From a virus: a stretch of DNA of 64,000 nt. The notes under the pieces are model-generated. The model worked only from the letters and a program-made list of their open reading frames with translations. It made no database searches and was not told where the DNA came from. The translations under genes were made by a program, and so were the position numbers. The stretch is taken from IMG/VR virus record IMGVR_UViG_3300013114_000098; one strand, 5' to 3'. Position 1 is the first letter of the stretch, and each line of letters starts with the position of its first letter. Shown one piece after another: positions 1-8,780 of this stretch.

Positions 1-198
1 TAAATTCTTTTCTACTGCTTCTATAATTTCATCATCTAACTTAGTGTTCTTTTTAACATCACCTAACATTTCTTTAGTAAGAGAAACTGCATTCTTTGAT
101 TGCATTGCCAATGCTTCCATTGTTGTTTCACTTGCCCAAGCTGGTACCTGAAGTATTAAATCATCTGAAATTGGTATTTGATTTGTTTTATCAGCCAT
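1..198 (-). CDS. 5' part of a tape-measure-like/virion protein, paralog of 198..2153; runs off the window edge
   Basis: ATG at 198-196 overlaps the upstream TAA (TAATG). The frame is open to position 1: MADKTNQIPISDDLILQVPAWASETTMEAL. PAWASETTM resembles PWATEITL in the upstream ORF. Confidence 0.6.
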   Translation of the reverse strand, partial: MADKTNQIPISDDLILQVPAWASETTMEALAMQSKNAVSLTKEMLGDVKKNTKLDDEIIEAVEKNL

Positions 199-2153
199 TA
201 TTCAACTGTTGCCTCCTCTTTTCCTAATAATTCAACTTTCTTTGCTTGTAACTTTTCTTGGTATGATAATAATTCATTTAATTCATCTTGTTGATCCATT
301 AATAAGTTCTCTAAGTTTTGTCTTTGTTCATCTGTAATTTTTTCTCCCTCAATAACTTCACCAGTTTCAGGATCTGTCCAATCAGGTGCCATTCCATCTT
401 TAGCATCTAATATTGCTTGTAACTCATCTGTAGATTCTCTCATTTGTTTAATTTGCATCTCAACTATTTGGACATTAGATACAACATTACCTTCATTTAT
501 TTGTGATAACCTTTTGTCATGTATTGAAGCTCTGTGTTCTTCCCAAAAAGTTTCAAATCTATTATCACCTTGTTCGTCACCATGAAAAAGTTTGCTTACG
601 CCTCTACCAAATCTCATCAAACTTCCAGATAACGTTCTAAATCCAGTTGCCATGCTACCAAATCCAGGTGTTAATAGCTCTTGCATTTCTTGGAATGCAA
701 TTGCCATATTATTCATTACTTCTATACTAGTATCTGCATTATCAGCAAGATTTGCATAATAACCTGATGTTAATGTATCTGTGTCTGACATTAAAAACTC
801 TTCAGCACCTGCCGCTGTTTTAGCTGATGCAAGTAATGCGTTAAGTGCTTCAAGGTTAGGATCACCTGCTGTTACTTTAAATGGTACATCTCTTATTAAT
901 TTAAAAAACTTCTTATAAGCATCTACTGTTTCTGCTTCAGTTTTAAATTGCCCTGTACCTATTTTTTCAACAAGATCAATAAGTGCTTCTGACGCACCTG
1001 GAGCACCTTGTAAAGTTTCTATCATTGTTTTGCTTATATTATTTGCCGCTGTCTGATCAAAACTAATATCACCCACGAATCCTGTTATGACACTTTCCAT
1101 GGCTCCAGCAAAATCTGCACCAAATAATTGTTCATTTAATACTCTAACAAGACCGGTTGCGTCTGAAATGTTTTTACTAGCTTGTTCGCCATATGTTTTT
1201 TCAATAAATGCTTTATTTTGCAACAACCCAACCCTTAAATCAACATTATTCCTTGCCTCATCTCTTAATCTTAATGCTTCTTCTCTTTGCATTCCAAAAA
1301 CATCACCAGTAAATAATGCAAGGTTATTTGCTGATCTATATGAATCGATTACTCTTTTTCTACCAACTTCATTCATGGAAGTTAATTCTCCTAGCTGATA
1401 TAATGTTTGTATTTCTTGAGCAATGAATCTAGTTTGGTCTTGTATTCCCATTCCAAAGTCTCTAAATGTTTTGTCTTGATCAATTTCTTTTGCAAACTCT
1501 GCTAATCTTAAAGCACCTTCGAATAAATTTTCTTCTGCTTGAACAAGAAACGGTTTAGACTCTGCCATTAAATCAGTAAAGTCTTTTAGTCCCATTCCTA
1601 AATCTCTAGTTGCAAATCTTAAGTTAGTCCAATGATCTACATCACTTACTACTGCACCAAAGTCTATTAACTGTCTAGCTTGTTTTTCTTGCTCGGTTAA
1701 TAACTTTGCAAAAATTATACCCATACCTGTTGCTACTACAAGTGGAGTACCTGCATGTCTTGCCACCATTTTAAGACCCGAAGCCCATTTTCCCATTCCT
1801 GCTCCCATGTTTGACACACCTATACCAGCATTTGCCATAATCTTTGCTGCCTCGTGTGCTAATTCAGCGGTAGCATTAACAGGATCACTGCTTTTCATTA
1901 TTACATTCATTGCACCGCCTGCTACTTTTGTGGCTTTTACAGTAGCTTCACCGGATGCTGTAACTAGATCTTCTGCTTCTTCTGCGTCAGCACTTAATGC
2001 TCTTATAGACGCCGCATCTTTTTTACCTAGCACAGCCGCAATCATGGCCATAGTAGAATTGTTTATGGTCATGCTAGAGCTTACTTTTTCTAATGTAATC
2101 TCAGTTGCCCAAGGATACTGTTGATAAATTAGGTCTATTTGTTGTTGGTCCAT
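198..2153 (-). CDS. Helical Ala/Gly-rich virion protein, tape-measure-like (651 aa)
   Basis: Ala/Gly/Met-rich amphipathic helical composition with a C-terminal coiled coil. It lies next to the hub/chaperone gene and has a late-promoter-like CATAAATA upstream. Confidence 0.5.
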   Translation of the reverse strand: MDQQQIDLIYQQYPWATEITLEKVSSSMTINNSTMAMIAAVLGKKDAASIRALSADAEEAEDLVTASGEATVKATKVAGGAMNVIMKSSDPVNATAELAHEAAKIMANAGIGVSNMGAGMGKWASGLKMVARHAGTPLVVATGMGIIFAKLLTEQEKQARQLIDFGAVVSDVDHWTNLRFATRDLGMGLKDFTDLMAESKPFLVQAEENLFEGALRLAEFAKEIDQDKTFRDFGMGIQDQTRFIAQEIQTLYQLGELTSMNEVGRKRVIDSYRSANNLALFTGDVFGMQREEALRLRDEARNNVDLRVGLLQNKAFIEKTYGEQASKNISDATGLVRVLNEQLFGADFAGAMESVITGFVGDISFDQTAANNISKTMIETLQGAPGASEALIDLVEKIGTGQFKTEAETVDAYKKFFKLIRDVPFKVTAGDPNLEALNALLASAKTAAGAEEFLMSDTDTLTSGYYANLADNADTSIEVMNNMAIAFQEMQELLTPGFGSMATGFRTLSGSLMRFGRGVSKLFHGDEQGDNRFETFWEEHRASIHDKRLSQINEGNVVSNVQIVEMQIKQMRESTDELQAILDAKDGMAPDWTDPETGEVIEGEKITDEQRQNLENLLMDQQDELNELLSYQEKLQAKKVELLGKEEATVE

Positions 2154-2182
2154 AATGCTTTATTAAGTGGTATTTTAATTCA

Positions 2183-2219
2183 GATAAATACTATTGTATA
2201 TACGTTACTACTATTTATG
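2183..2219. promoter_or_regulatory. Face-to-face pair of T4-type late-promoter-like boxes
   Basis: GATAAATA on + at 2183-2190 and CATAAATA on - at 2212-2219. The T4 gp55 consensus is TATAAATA. Confidence 0.6.
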
Positions 2220-2259
2220 GAAATCATAATATACGTATATAATTGGAGAAATACAAAAC

Positions 2260-3090
2260 ATGACAAACCCATTAATTCAAGCATATAGAAAGCCTGCTTT
2301 ATACATTCCATTACCAAGTGGCGGTAAATTCTACAAAAAGAAGCCGAAACTTAGCATAGATAATGAACTGGCAGTATATGCTATGACAGCAAGGGATGAA
2401 CTTATTACTAAAACCCCAGATGCTTTGTTTAACGGAGAAGCCACAATTAGTTTGATTAAAAGTTGTTGCCCTGATATTGTTGAACCAGAAACAATGCCAG
2501 TAAGCGACTTACTTGTAATCTTAGTAGGTATTAGACAAGCAAGTTATGGAAAAAATATAGACATCGATGTTAAATGTCCTAAGTGTGAGTTTGATAATCA
2601 ATTGCAATTAGATGCAAATATAATGTTATCAAACGCAAAAACTGGCACAATTGAGCAAAGTGTAACATTACCAAGTGATTTTAAAATTATTTGTAATCCA
2701 TACACATTAAACGATAGAACTATGTTACAAGTTCAACAAATTAAACAAAACAAAATGATACAAGGATTGGCTAGTGAGAAACTAGAAGATGCTGAAAGAC
2801 AAGATCTTTTTGGAAAAACATTTGTTGAAATTGCAGAACTTACTGTTAGTTTAATTACTAATAGTATTGTAAGTGTACAAGGTAAAGACACTGATGTTAT
2901 CACAGATAAAGATACTATTAAAGAATGGCTACAAAATATTACTAAAAATGATTACGAAGTAATCAGAACTAAAATAGAGGAACTAAGCGAAAGTGGCTTA
3001 GAAACTAAATTTGCTGCCAATTGTCAAGACTGTGGACATAGTTGGAAGACTGGTGTGGACTTAGACGTCGCAAATTTTTTCGGGGGTTGA
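2260..3090 (+). CDS. T4 gp26-like baseplate hub assembly protein / tail assembly chaperone
   Basis: NPL..YRKP.LYI.LPSGG, MTARDEL..KTPDALFNG, two CxxC pairs (CPKC, CQDC) and a C-terminal D..NFF. Confidence 0.75.
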   Translation: MTNPLIQAYRKPALYIPLPSGGKFYKKKPKLSIDNELAVYAMTARDELITKTPDALFNGEATISLIKSCCPDIVEPETMPVSDLLVILVGIRQASYGKNIDIDVKCPKCEFDNQLQLDANIMLSNAKTGTIEQSVTLPSDFKIICNPYTLNDRTMLQVQQIKQNKMIQGLASEKLEDAERQDLFGKTFVEIAELTVSLITNSIVSVQGKDTDVITDKDTIKEWLQNITKNDYEVIRTKIEELSESGLETKFAANCQDCGHSWKTGVDLDVANFFGG

Positions 3091-3314
3091 TAGCTTCTCG
3101 TCAACCCGAAGACATTGTAAAATTAGTTGAACAGTATAATAAGGATTTAGAAACTACAGAAGGTAGCTACTTAGATGTAGTTATTCGTAGTGAAGGTGCG
3201 GTTAGTTATAAAGACATTCTGCAAATGCCTGTGAGCAGTATTAAACTCTTAATAGAACGTATGAATAGTCGTGTTGAGGAAATTAATAAAGCAAGAAAAG
3301 GTAATAGACGTTAG
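3087..3314 (+). CDS. Small baseplate/tail assembly protein (gp51-like position); TTG start or -1 frameshift extension of the upstream gene
   Basis: This is the -1 frame relative to 2260..3090. TTG at 3087 overlaps the TGA stop, and slippery AAATTTTTTC lies at 3072-3081. Confidence 0.55.
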   Translation: MIASRQPEDIVKLVEQYNKDLETTEGSYLDVVIRSEGAVSYKDILQMPVSSIKLLIERMNSRVEEINKARKGNRR

Positions 3315-3754
3315 TGGCCTGTTATTAAATTATAATAATCTTCTGGCCAACTGTCATAATATGTGGTGTTTTTGTGTAAATGTTTACGTTTTTCATGTAA
3401 ATCGCTTTTTCTTTGAACAAACACACAGTCAGTAAAGTTCTTTACAAAATGTCCACTTGTTCTTGTACTAGTAAAATATAATAAGTGAGGATGTTTTTCT
3501 CTAAGCTCTGCACAAGTCTTTTCTATAAAAGACATATCATCTACATCACCCAACCAACAAATAGCCATTTGGTACTTAACATGGTCAAATGATTCTAAAG
3601 CCAGAACATTGTCACGTGCATCAACAAACTGTAATGCATTTTTAATTCTTGCACTTTTTGCATACGGACATATAGGATATCCATCATCCTTTAAAGGCTC
3701 AACTGATTCTTCTGCAAACTTTAAAAATTTAATCCGAAATTCGTCCAACGTCAT
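3311..3754 (-). CDS. Hypothetical protein, DUF1415-like N-terminus
   Basis: 147-aa ORF with a PICPYAK motif, an AGGA RBS and a late-like CATAAATA at 3850-3857 (-). Confidence 0.55.
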   Translation of the reverse strand: MTLDEFRIKFLKFAEESVEPLKDDGYPICPYAKSARIKNALQFVDARDNVLALESFDHVKYQMAICWLGDVDDMSFIEKTCAELREKHPHLLYFTSTRTSGHFVKNFTDCVFVQRKSDLHEKRKHLHKNTTYYDSWPEDYYNLITGH

Positions 3755-3879
3755 GTATATGTTTTCCTGATATAATTGATGTCTTCGACATCATCAACTT
3801 CGCAAAGCTAATCGCTTTGCTCGTTGTTGTTGCTTACGCTTTATACACTTATTTATGTTAATTTATATTGAATTTAAAT

Positions 3880-4350
3880 GACTACTTGACAAGATGCTTT
3901 ATTCACACTTAGCCTTATACAGGCCAAGTGTAAATTGTTCTTGACATAGAACTCTACCCACAGATACTATAGTAAACCTAGTTTAGCACCTAGGAAGGGC
4001 GGTTACGCGGTACCCTTATTACATACTGCTTTATAACGCAGAAACACCCATTGCCATAGTATCAACTTTGGGTTGTCCTCAAGTTCCAAATTGTCAGGAG
4101 AGCTTGATCATTTTGATTTGTCAAATCAGTGCATTGACTTATAGGCACACCAGTTCTGGTCACAATGAAGTAACCTCAAGGTGAGTCGAGCGAATCTCGA
4201 CCAATCAGGGCCTTGTAGCCTATGTTAGTTTTTATTAGCCTAAAATTGTATTTGAGTTGGAGCCGGACTTTAAGTCTGTATGAGTTTTGGTTTTACACTA
4301 TTAGTTATCTTATGCTTTAATTATTAGCTGATAATAAAGTTAAAACGCTA
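3880..4350 (-). ncRNA. Candidate large structured ncRNA (structured core ~3880-4215)
   Basis: ORF-free, locally GC-richer, with at least 10 helices, an 8-bp long-range pairing (3963-3970 with 4056-4063) and a sigma70 promoter at 4359-4387. Confidence 0.65.
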
Positions 4351-4358
4351 CTTTTGTT

Positions 4359-4387
4359 ATAATAACAAAAATTTAATACGTTGTCAA
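4359..4387 (-). promoter_or_regulatory. sigma70-type promoter reading into the ncRNA candidate
   Basis: TTGACA (4387-4382), 17 bp, then TGnTATTAT (-10 at 4364-4359). The -35 overlaps the GIY-YIG stop codon. Confidence 0.65.
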
Positions 4388-4830
4388 CCTTTCTTTAAGT
4401 GTTCCGTAAGAATTTTTGAACTACCCACCCTTACGTTAATAATGCCGTTATAGTATTCATCGGTTTCTAATACTCTACGGTCAAATTGTTCTTTTGCTTC
4501 CATGTAACTTAATACACCTTTACTAGGACAATAATGTAAAATTTCTCTAGTAAATTTATTTGAACCAAGTGTTAGGACATCTGCGTTTAAATGATCTGAT
4601 GACCCCCAATAGTCTTGCCAATCACTTTCTTTATATCCACGTCTTTTATTCTTTTTACCTTTAAGTGGTGGCTTAGTTGTTTTAAATCTTGCTAGTTTTT
4701 TACCTATGTATTTTTTATTGTTAGTAAGATTTGTAATTACATATACAAATCCTTCGCAATCATTAGGTAATTCATTGACTATTTTATTTTTATATGTCCA
4801 TGGACAATTATTCTTCTTTGACCCATTCAT
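4384..4830 (-). CDS. Stand-alone GIY-YIG endonuclease (Seg-like catalytic domain)
   Basis: GFVYVITN...KYIGKK, YWGSS, FTREIL, conserved Glu (YMEAKEQ) and YYNG. 148 aa with no appended DNA-binding domain. Confidence 0.85.
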   Translation of the reverse strand: MNGSKKNNCPWTYKNKIVNELPNDCEGFVYVITNLTNNKKYIGKKLARFKTTKPPLKGKKNKRRGYKESDWQDYWGSSDHLNADVLTLGSNKFTREILHYCPSKGVLSYMEAKEQFDRRVLETDEYYNGIINVRVGSSKILTEHLKKG

Positions 4831-4966
4831 TTATTGTTTTCCTAATCAAGTCTAAAGTATCTATACCTAGTTCGTCCTTTTTTATTGTTTCCGGTGCATG
4901 TAATAATACATAAGTCCATTTTTCGTGTAATTCTAATTCTTCTTGTTTGTTATATGTATTACGCAT
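4808..4966 (-). CDS. Small hypothetical protein (52 aa), not in the ORF track
   Basis: MRNTYNKQEELELHEKW...EWVKEE*. It fills the gap between gp46 and the GIY-YIG gene and overlaps both. Confidence 0.4.
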   Translation of the reverse strand: MRNTYNKQEELELHEKWTYVLLHAPETIKKDELGIDTLDLIRKTINEWVKEE

Positions 4967-6737
4967 CAATTACTTCTACTTCAGTGTCAAATGTAGTGAA
5001 GCCATTTTCTTTAGTAACTTGTAGCACTCTGCTAACTCTACCTACTAATTCATCTCTGTGTGAAATAAGTAAAATATTCTTATTTCTATCACGTTCAAAT
5101 TTCTTTAACACACCTAATGCACTATCAACACCAACTGTGTCCATACCACTATCAACAAGTTCGTCTATACAAACAAAGTTAATAGGATGATTCATACTTT
5201 CAAATACATCACGGAATGCCCAACTAAGTCCAAGTATAAGTCTATTACGTTCTCCCCTTGATAAATTATCAAAATCTAAATCTTGACCAAGTTGTGTAAT
5301 AGTTACAGTTAAGTCACTTTGAAATTCTACTTCATGCGGTAAACCTAGTCGTGTAATATAATATTCTAAACGTGTGTTTAAAAATTGTAAGTTTTGTTCA
5401 ATAATCTTTTTACGAATAAAACTATCTTTGTTAGTTAATAGTTTTAATAAAAAGTCTTGATGTTCTCTTAATTCTTCAAGTGTATTTACTTCTTCCCAAT
5501 CTACATCTTGTAATCCTGTATTTTTTAAAACATCAATTTGTTCTATATACGGATTAGTTTCGTTTGCGGCATTAGTCATTGATGATTGTAACTTATCTAT
5601 TTTACTTTGATGCTTATATGCTTCTTGTAAGGTATTATATTCAATTGTGGGAGCATTTCCAATTTCACCAATGGCAGTAATTGCATTTGTGTACGATTCA
5701 ATTAATTCGTTCTCTTCAGTAATTTGAGTTTGACTTTCATTTACAAGTTCTGTTTTTTGAGAAACTATTTTATCATGTTGTTCATCATGAATATCTTGTC
5801 CACATGCATAACATTTATGTTCTAATGTAGCAGTTAAATCTTCTTGTGCCTTATCTAAACGTTTCTGTTCACGTTCAGAACTACTTGTAAGTCTAGCTAT
5901 TTCAGCATTTAAAGTATCTATTTGGCCTTTCTTTTCATTAAATTCAGCAAACTCTTCGTGTGCTTTTATTTCTTTATCAATGTCAATATGTTCTAATGCT
6001 TGTATCTCACTAGTATATTCTTGAATACGTCCTTCTAGTTGTGAAGCCCATGTCTTTTCTCTACGTTCAAGATCTTTAATACTATTATTAATACGTTCGT
6101 TTGCATCTTCTACTCCTTTAAGTCTATATGTTTCTTCAGTTATTCTGTCTTTAGTATTTTTTAATAGTTCTTTAAGTATATCAGCCTTCTCACTAAGTTT
6201 AGTAATTCCTAACAATTGCTCAATCATGTCACGTTGATCATTTGCTCTCATACTTAAAAATGGTTCAGTGTATGTATTCAGTGCAATAATATGCTTAAAC
6301 ATATTATGAGTCATACCAAGTGTTTGTTCAATTACGTGTTGGCTTTCTCTGCCTTGCCCTTGCATTTCATCTGTAATGTCGTCGTCATTGCTATCTACGT
6401 CATTGACTAGATATTTAAATACATTGGGTTTGCGTCCACGCTCAATACGATAATTTACACTGTCTATTTCAAAATCAACAGTGACCATCATATTTTTATT
6501 ATTAGTTTTATTAACTAAGTTATCTTTTTTAATACTGTATAACGCACTACCAAATAATGCATAACTTAATGCATTAATAATTGTTGTCTTACCTGTACCA
6601 TTACGTGATCCATCACCACCTAAATCTAAATTATTACCTAATACAAGTGTTAGCCCTGCATCATCAAAGTGAACAGCCTGTGTGACATTGCCCACACTCA
6701 TAAAGTTCTTTACGGTGATATTTTTAATTATTAGCAT
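4959..6737 (-). CDS. gp46-like recombination endonuclease subunit (Rad50/SbcC ABC ATPase)
   Basis: Walker A NGTGKTT, zinc-hook CYAC within a coiled coil, signature LSRGE, Walker B CIDELVD and H-loop ISH. Confidence 0.93.
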   Translation of the reverse strand: MLIIKNITVKNFMSVGNVTQAVHFDDAGLTLVLGNNLDLGGDGSRNGTGKTTIINALSYALFGSALYSIKKDNLVNKTNNKNMMVTVDFEIDSVNYRIERGRKPNVFKYLVNDVDSNDDDITDEMQGQGRESQHVIEQTLGMTHNMFKHIIALNTYTEPFLSMRANDQRDMIEQLLGITKLSEKADILKELLKNTKDRITEETYRLKGVEDANERINNSIKDLERREKTWASQLEGRIQEYTSEIQALEHIDIDKEIKAHEEFAEFNEKKGQIDTLNAEIARLTSSSEREQKRLDKAQEDLTATLEHKCYACGQDIHDEQHDKIVSQKTELVNESQTQITEENELIESYTNAITAIGEIGNAPTIEYNTLQEAYKHQSKIDKLQSSMTNAANETNPYIEQIDVLKNTGLQDVDWEEVNTLEELREHQDFLLKLLTNKDSFIRKKIIEQNLQFLNTRLEYYITRLGLPHEVEFQSDLTVTITQLGQDLDFDNLSRGERNRLILGLSWAFRDVFESMNHPINFVCIDELVDSGMDTVGVDSALGVLKKFERDRNKNILLISHRDELVGRVSRVLQVTKENGFTTFDTEVEVIDA

Positions 6738-7760
6738 TTATGTTGTTAGTCCTCTGTAAATATCTACTAGTAGTTGCTTTTTAATAGTATCACTTTGTAC
6801 TGAGTTAAGTTGCGACAGTACAATGCTATCTACGTTTTCTACTTGGATATCAACTCCTTTATTCCAGTCTTGTGTATGTTCTTCTTTTTTGCTAGGCATA
6901 AGAGCAATCTCACGTAAGTTGTATTGTTTAATAAATGTTTCTTTAATAAAGTTTGCTTCTTCGTATGTAATACCAACATCTAATGTAACACGGCAATGTG
7001 TTTTATCAGATAAGTATTTGTCTGGGTTATCTATTAATTTACTTAATGTTAAAGTTCTATACTTAGGAGCATCTGGCCATGCTAGATATTCTATATTGCC
7101 ATCCCAATCTAAAAACATGCATCCTCTGTCGTCGTCCCATGTATCAGCATAGTTATGTGGGAAACAATTGCCTGGGTAAATTACATTGCCACGTTTTTGT
7201 CTTTTATGAAAGTGTCCACTAAAAACCATCTCAGGTTTTGATAAGTCTTCTGCTTTAAGACCTCCTGTGTCTGGCATTTGTACAAGGGCATTCATATAAA
7301 AGTCTGGCAATTCAAAATGACCAAACATAAATTTACATTCAATTTGTTTTAACTTTTTCCATTCGTCATCACATAGCCAAGGAATAAATGCTACGCCATC
7401 TTCAATAAGCATTTCCTTGTTTACCATTCTAATTTTTTTGAAGTCCTCAATCATTGATAAACTATGAATCTCACGCTTTTCACGATAATATAAATCATGA
7501 TTACCAGTGATCATTATAATCTCATCAAAGTTCTCATTAAGTCTTCGTAAGTTACTAGTGGTATAATTTAGTGTGCTAACATTGATACTAGCACGATTGT
7601 GATGCCAATCTCCTAAGAAGAAACATTTTTTAATGCCTCTTTTATGAGCTTCAGCAATCATCCATATGATAAAATCTTCACAATCCTGGTTATGATATCT
7701 ACTGTTATTCTTCATGCCAAAGTGAATATCAGTAAAGATCACTGCTTTGTCAAAAAACAT
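6738..7760 (-). CDS. gp47-like recombination nuclease (Mre11/SbcD metallophosphoesterase)
   Basis: DIHFG, GDWHH, GNHD, GHF and SGHFH motifs; adjacent to gp46. Confidence 0.93.
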   Translation of the reverse strand: MFFDKAVIFTDIHFGMKNNSRYHNQDCEDFIIWMIAEAHKRGIKKCFFLGDWHHNRASINVSTLNYTTSNLRRLNENFDEIIMITGNHDLYYREKREIHSLSMIEDFKKIRMVNKEMLIEDGVAFIPWLCDDEWKKLKQIECKFMFGHFELPDFYMNALVQMPDTGGLKAEDLSKPEMVFSGHFHKRQKRGNVIYPGNCFPHNYADTWDDDRGCMFLDWDGNIEYLAWPDAPKYRTLTLSKLIDNPDKYLSDKTHCRVTLDVGITYEEANFIKETFIKQYNLREIALMPSKKEEHTQDWNKGVDIQVENVDSIVLSQLNSVQSDTIKKQLLVDIYRGLTT

Positions 7761-8678
7761 TTACTCTCCTGTTTCTTCAGTTTCTTCGTCGGGAATTTCG
7801 TATGTTGTTACTTTTAACGTAGGATTTTCTAGTTTCTTTTTTTCTTCACTTCTAAGATGAGCTTCCCATTCTGCATTAAATGTTCTAGTGCTACTTGGAT
7901 TTAGCCCTTCTTCTTCTAGTAAGTCATCTCTAATATTTTGACTACGTTTTTCTAAGTTTAAAACTCTTGTAAAACTATTATTAATTGCCGCAGTATAATA
8001 AGCAAATGGGTTTTGACTCTTAAGTTCATTAAATTGTAAGCCAATTTGTGCAAGTTGTAACAACGCCTGCCCACGCATCTCATCTACATATGTGTATCCA
8101 CGCCAGTTACCTCGCATACTATAACGTTCGCATAGTTTAATATACATTTTTGCTAAAGAATCTGTTGTTTGTCCATGATGAACATTAAAATGACCGTTAT
8201 CTTTTCCACCTTCCCAATGGCTTCTAACTACTTCATTCCATTTGCCATTCTGCATTGCATAATGTTTAAATGGAGGAAAATTACATTTACTATGTAAATC
8301 TGCTTCTGATTTTGGTTTATTTTTTCTATTTTCTTCTGGTATATGATCAAATGTCATTACACGTACTACAATGTCATCATCTTTAATAGTATCAATATCA
8401 ACTGCAAAATCTGCAGCTCTTGGTTTAGTTTTCTTTCCTGTTAAACCTTGCTCCCATCGTCCTACTTCAACTTGGTGTGCTAACTTTTGTAATCTTGTTG
8501 CTCTGTTTTGTTTTGCTTCTGCAATTGCTTCTTTTGTTATTTCTTCAAATCCGGTTACAATAAGATCAAAATGTGTATAATTATCATCTTTAGTCCAACA
8601 ATACGTCATTTTACTATTATGTATTTCTCTTAACAAATCTTTATTTGTTAAGTAAAAAGTTTTCTTTTTGGTTGTCAT
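7761..8678 (-). CDS. gp55-like late-transcription sigma factor
   Basis: YLTNKDLL, NWRGYTYVDEM and F...KSQNPFAYYT...NSF motifs; gp55-gp47-gp46 order as in T4-like phages. Confidence 0.85.
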   Translation of the reverse strand: MTTKKKTFYLTNKDLLREIHNSKMTYCWTKDDNYTHFDLIVTGFEEITKEAIAEAKQNRATRLQKLAHQVEVGRWEQGLTGKKTKPRAADFAVDIDTIKDDDIVVRVMTFDHIPEENRKNKPKSEADLHSKCNFPPFKHYAMQNGKWNEVVRSHWEGGKDNGHFNVHHGQTTDSLAKMYIKLCERYSMRGNWRGYTYVDEMRGQALLQLAQIGLQFNELKSQNPFAYYTAAINNSFTRVLNLEKRSQNIRDDLLEEEGLNPSSTRTFNAEWEAHLRSEEKKKLENPTLKVTTYEIPDEETEETGE

Positions 8679-8706
8679 AATGTGAAAGTTCCTTTATGTA
8701 ATTAGT

Positions 8707-8736
8707 ATTATACGGCATATGCCATGTCTGTGTCAA
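8707..8736 (-). promoter_or_regulatory. sigma70-type promoter for the gp55-gp47-gp46 operon
   Basis: TTGACA (8736-8731), 18 bp, TATAAT (8712-8707). Confidence 0.7.
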
Positions 8737-8752
8737 CCTGTTTTTTTAAATT

Positions 8753-8760
8753 GATAAATA
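8753..8760 (+). promoter_or_regulatory. Late-promoter-like box for the baseplate operon
   Basis: GATAAATA 20 nt upstream of ATG 8781. Confidence 0.6.
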
Positions 8761-8780
8761 CTACGAACGGAGAAGTAATT

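Noticed and set aside
4255-4275. AAAGTCCGGCTCCA on - resembles the RNase P RNA GAGGAAAGUCCGGGCUCCA motif
   Set aside because: The GAGG prefix and the other conserved RNase P regions (AGUGCAACAGAA, GGUAAAC, ACAGAA.CCGGCUUA) are not present downstream.
3755-4830. Group I or II intron carrying the GIY-YIG as a homing endonuclease
   Set aside because: No convincing P7 (R/S) core or domain V is seen, and no interrupted host gene flanks the element.
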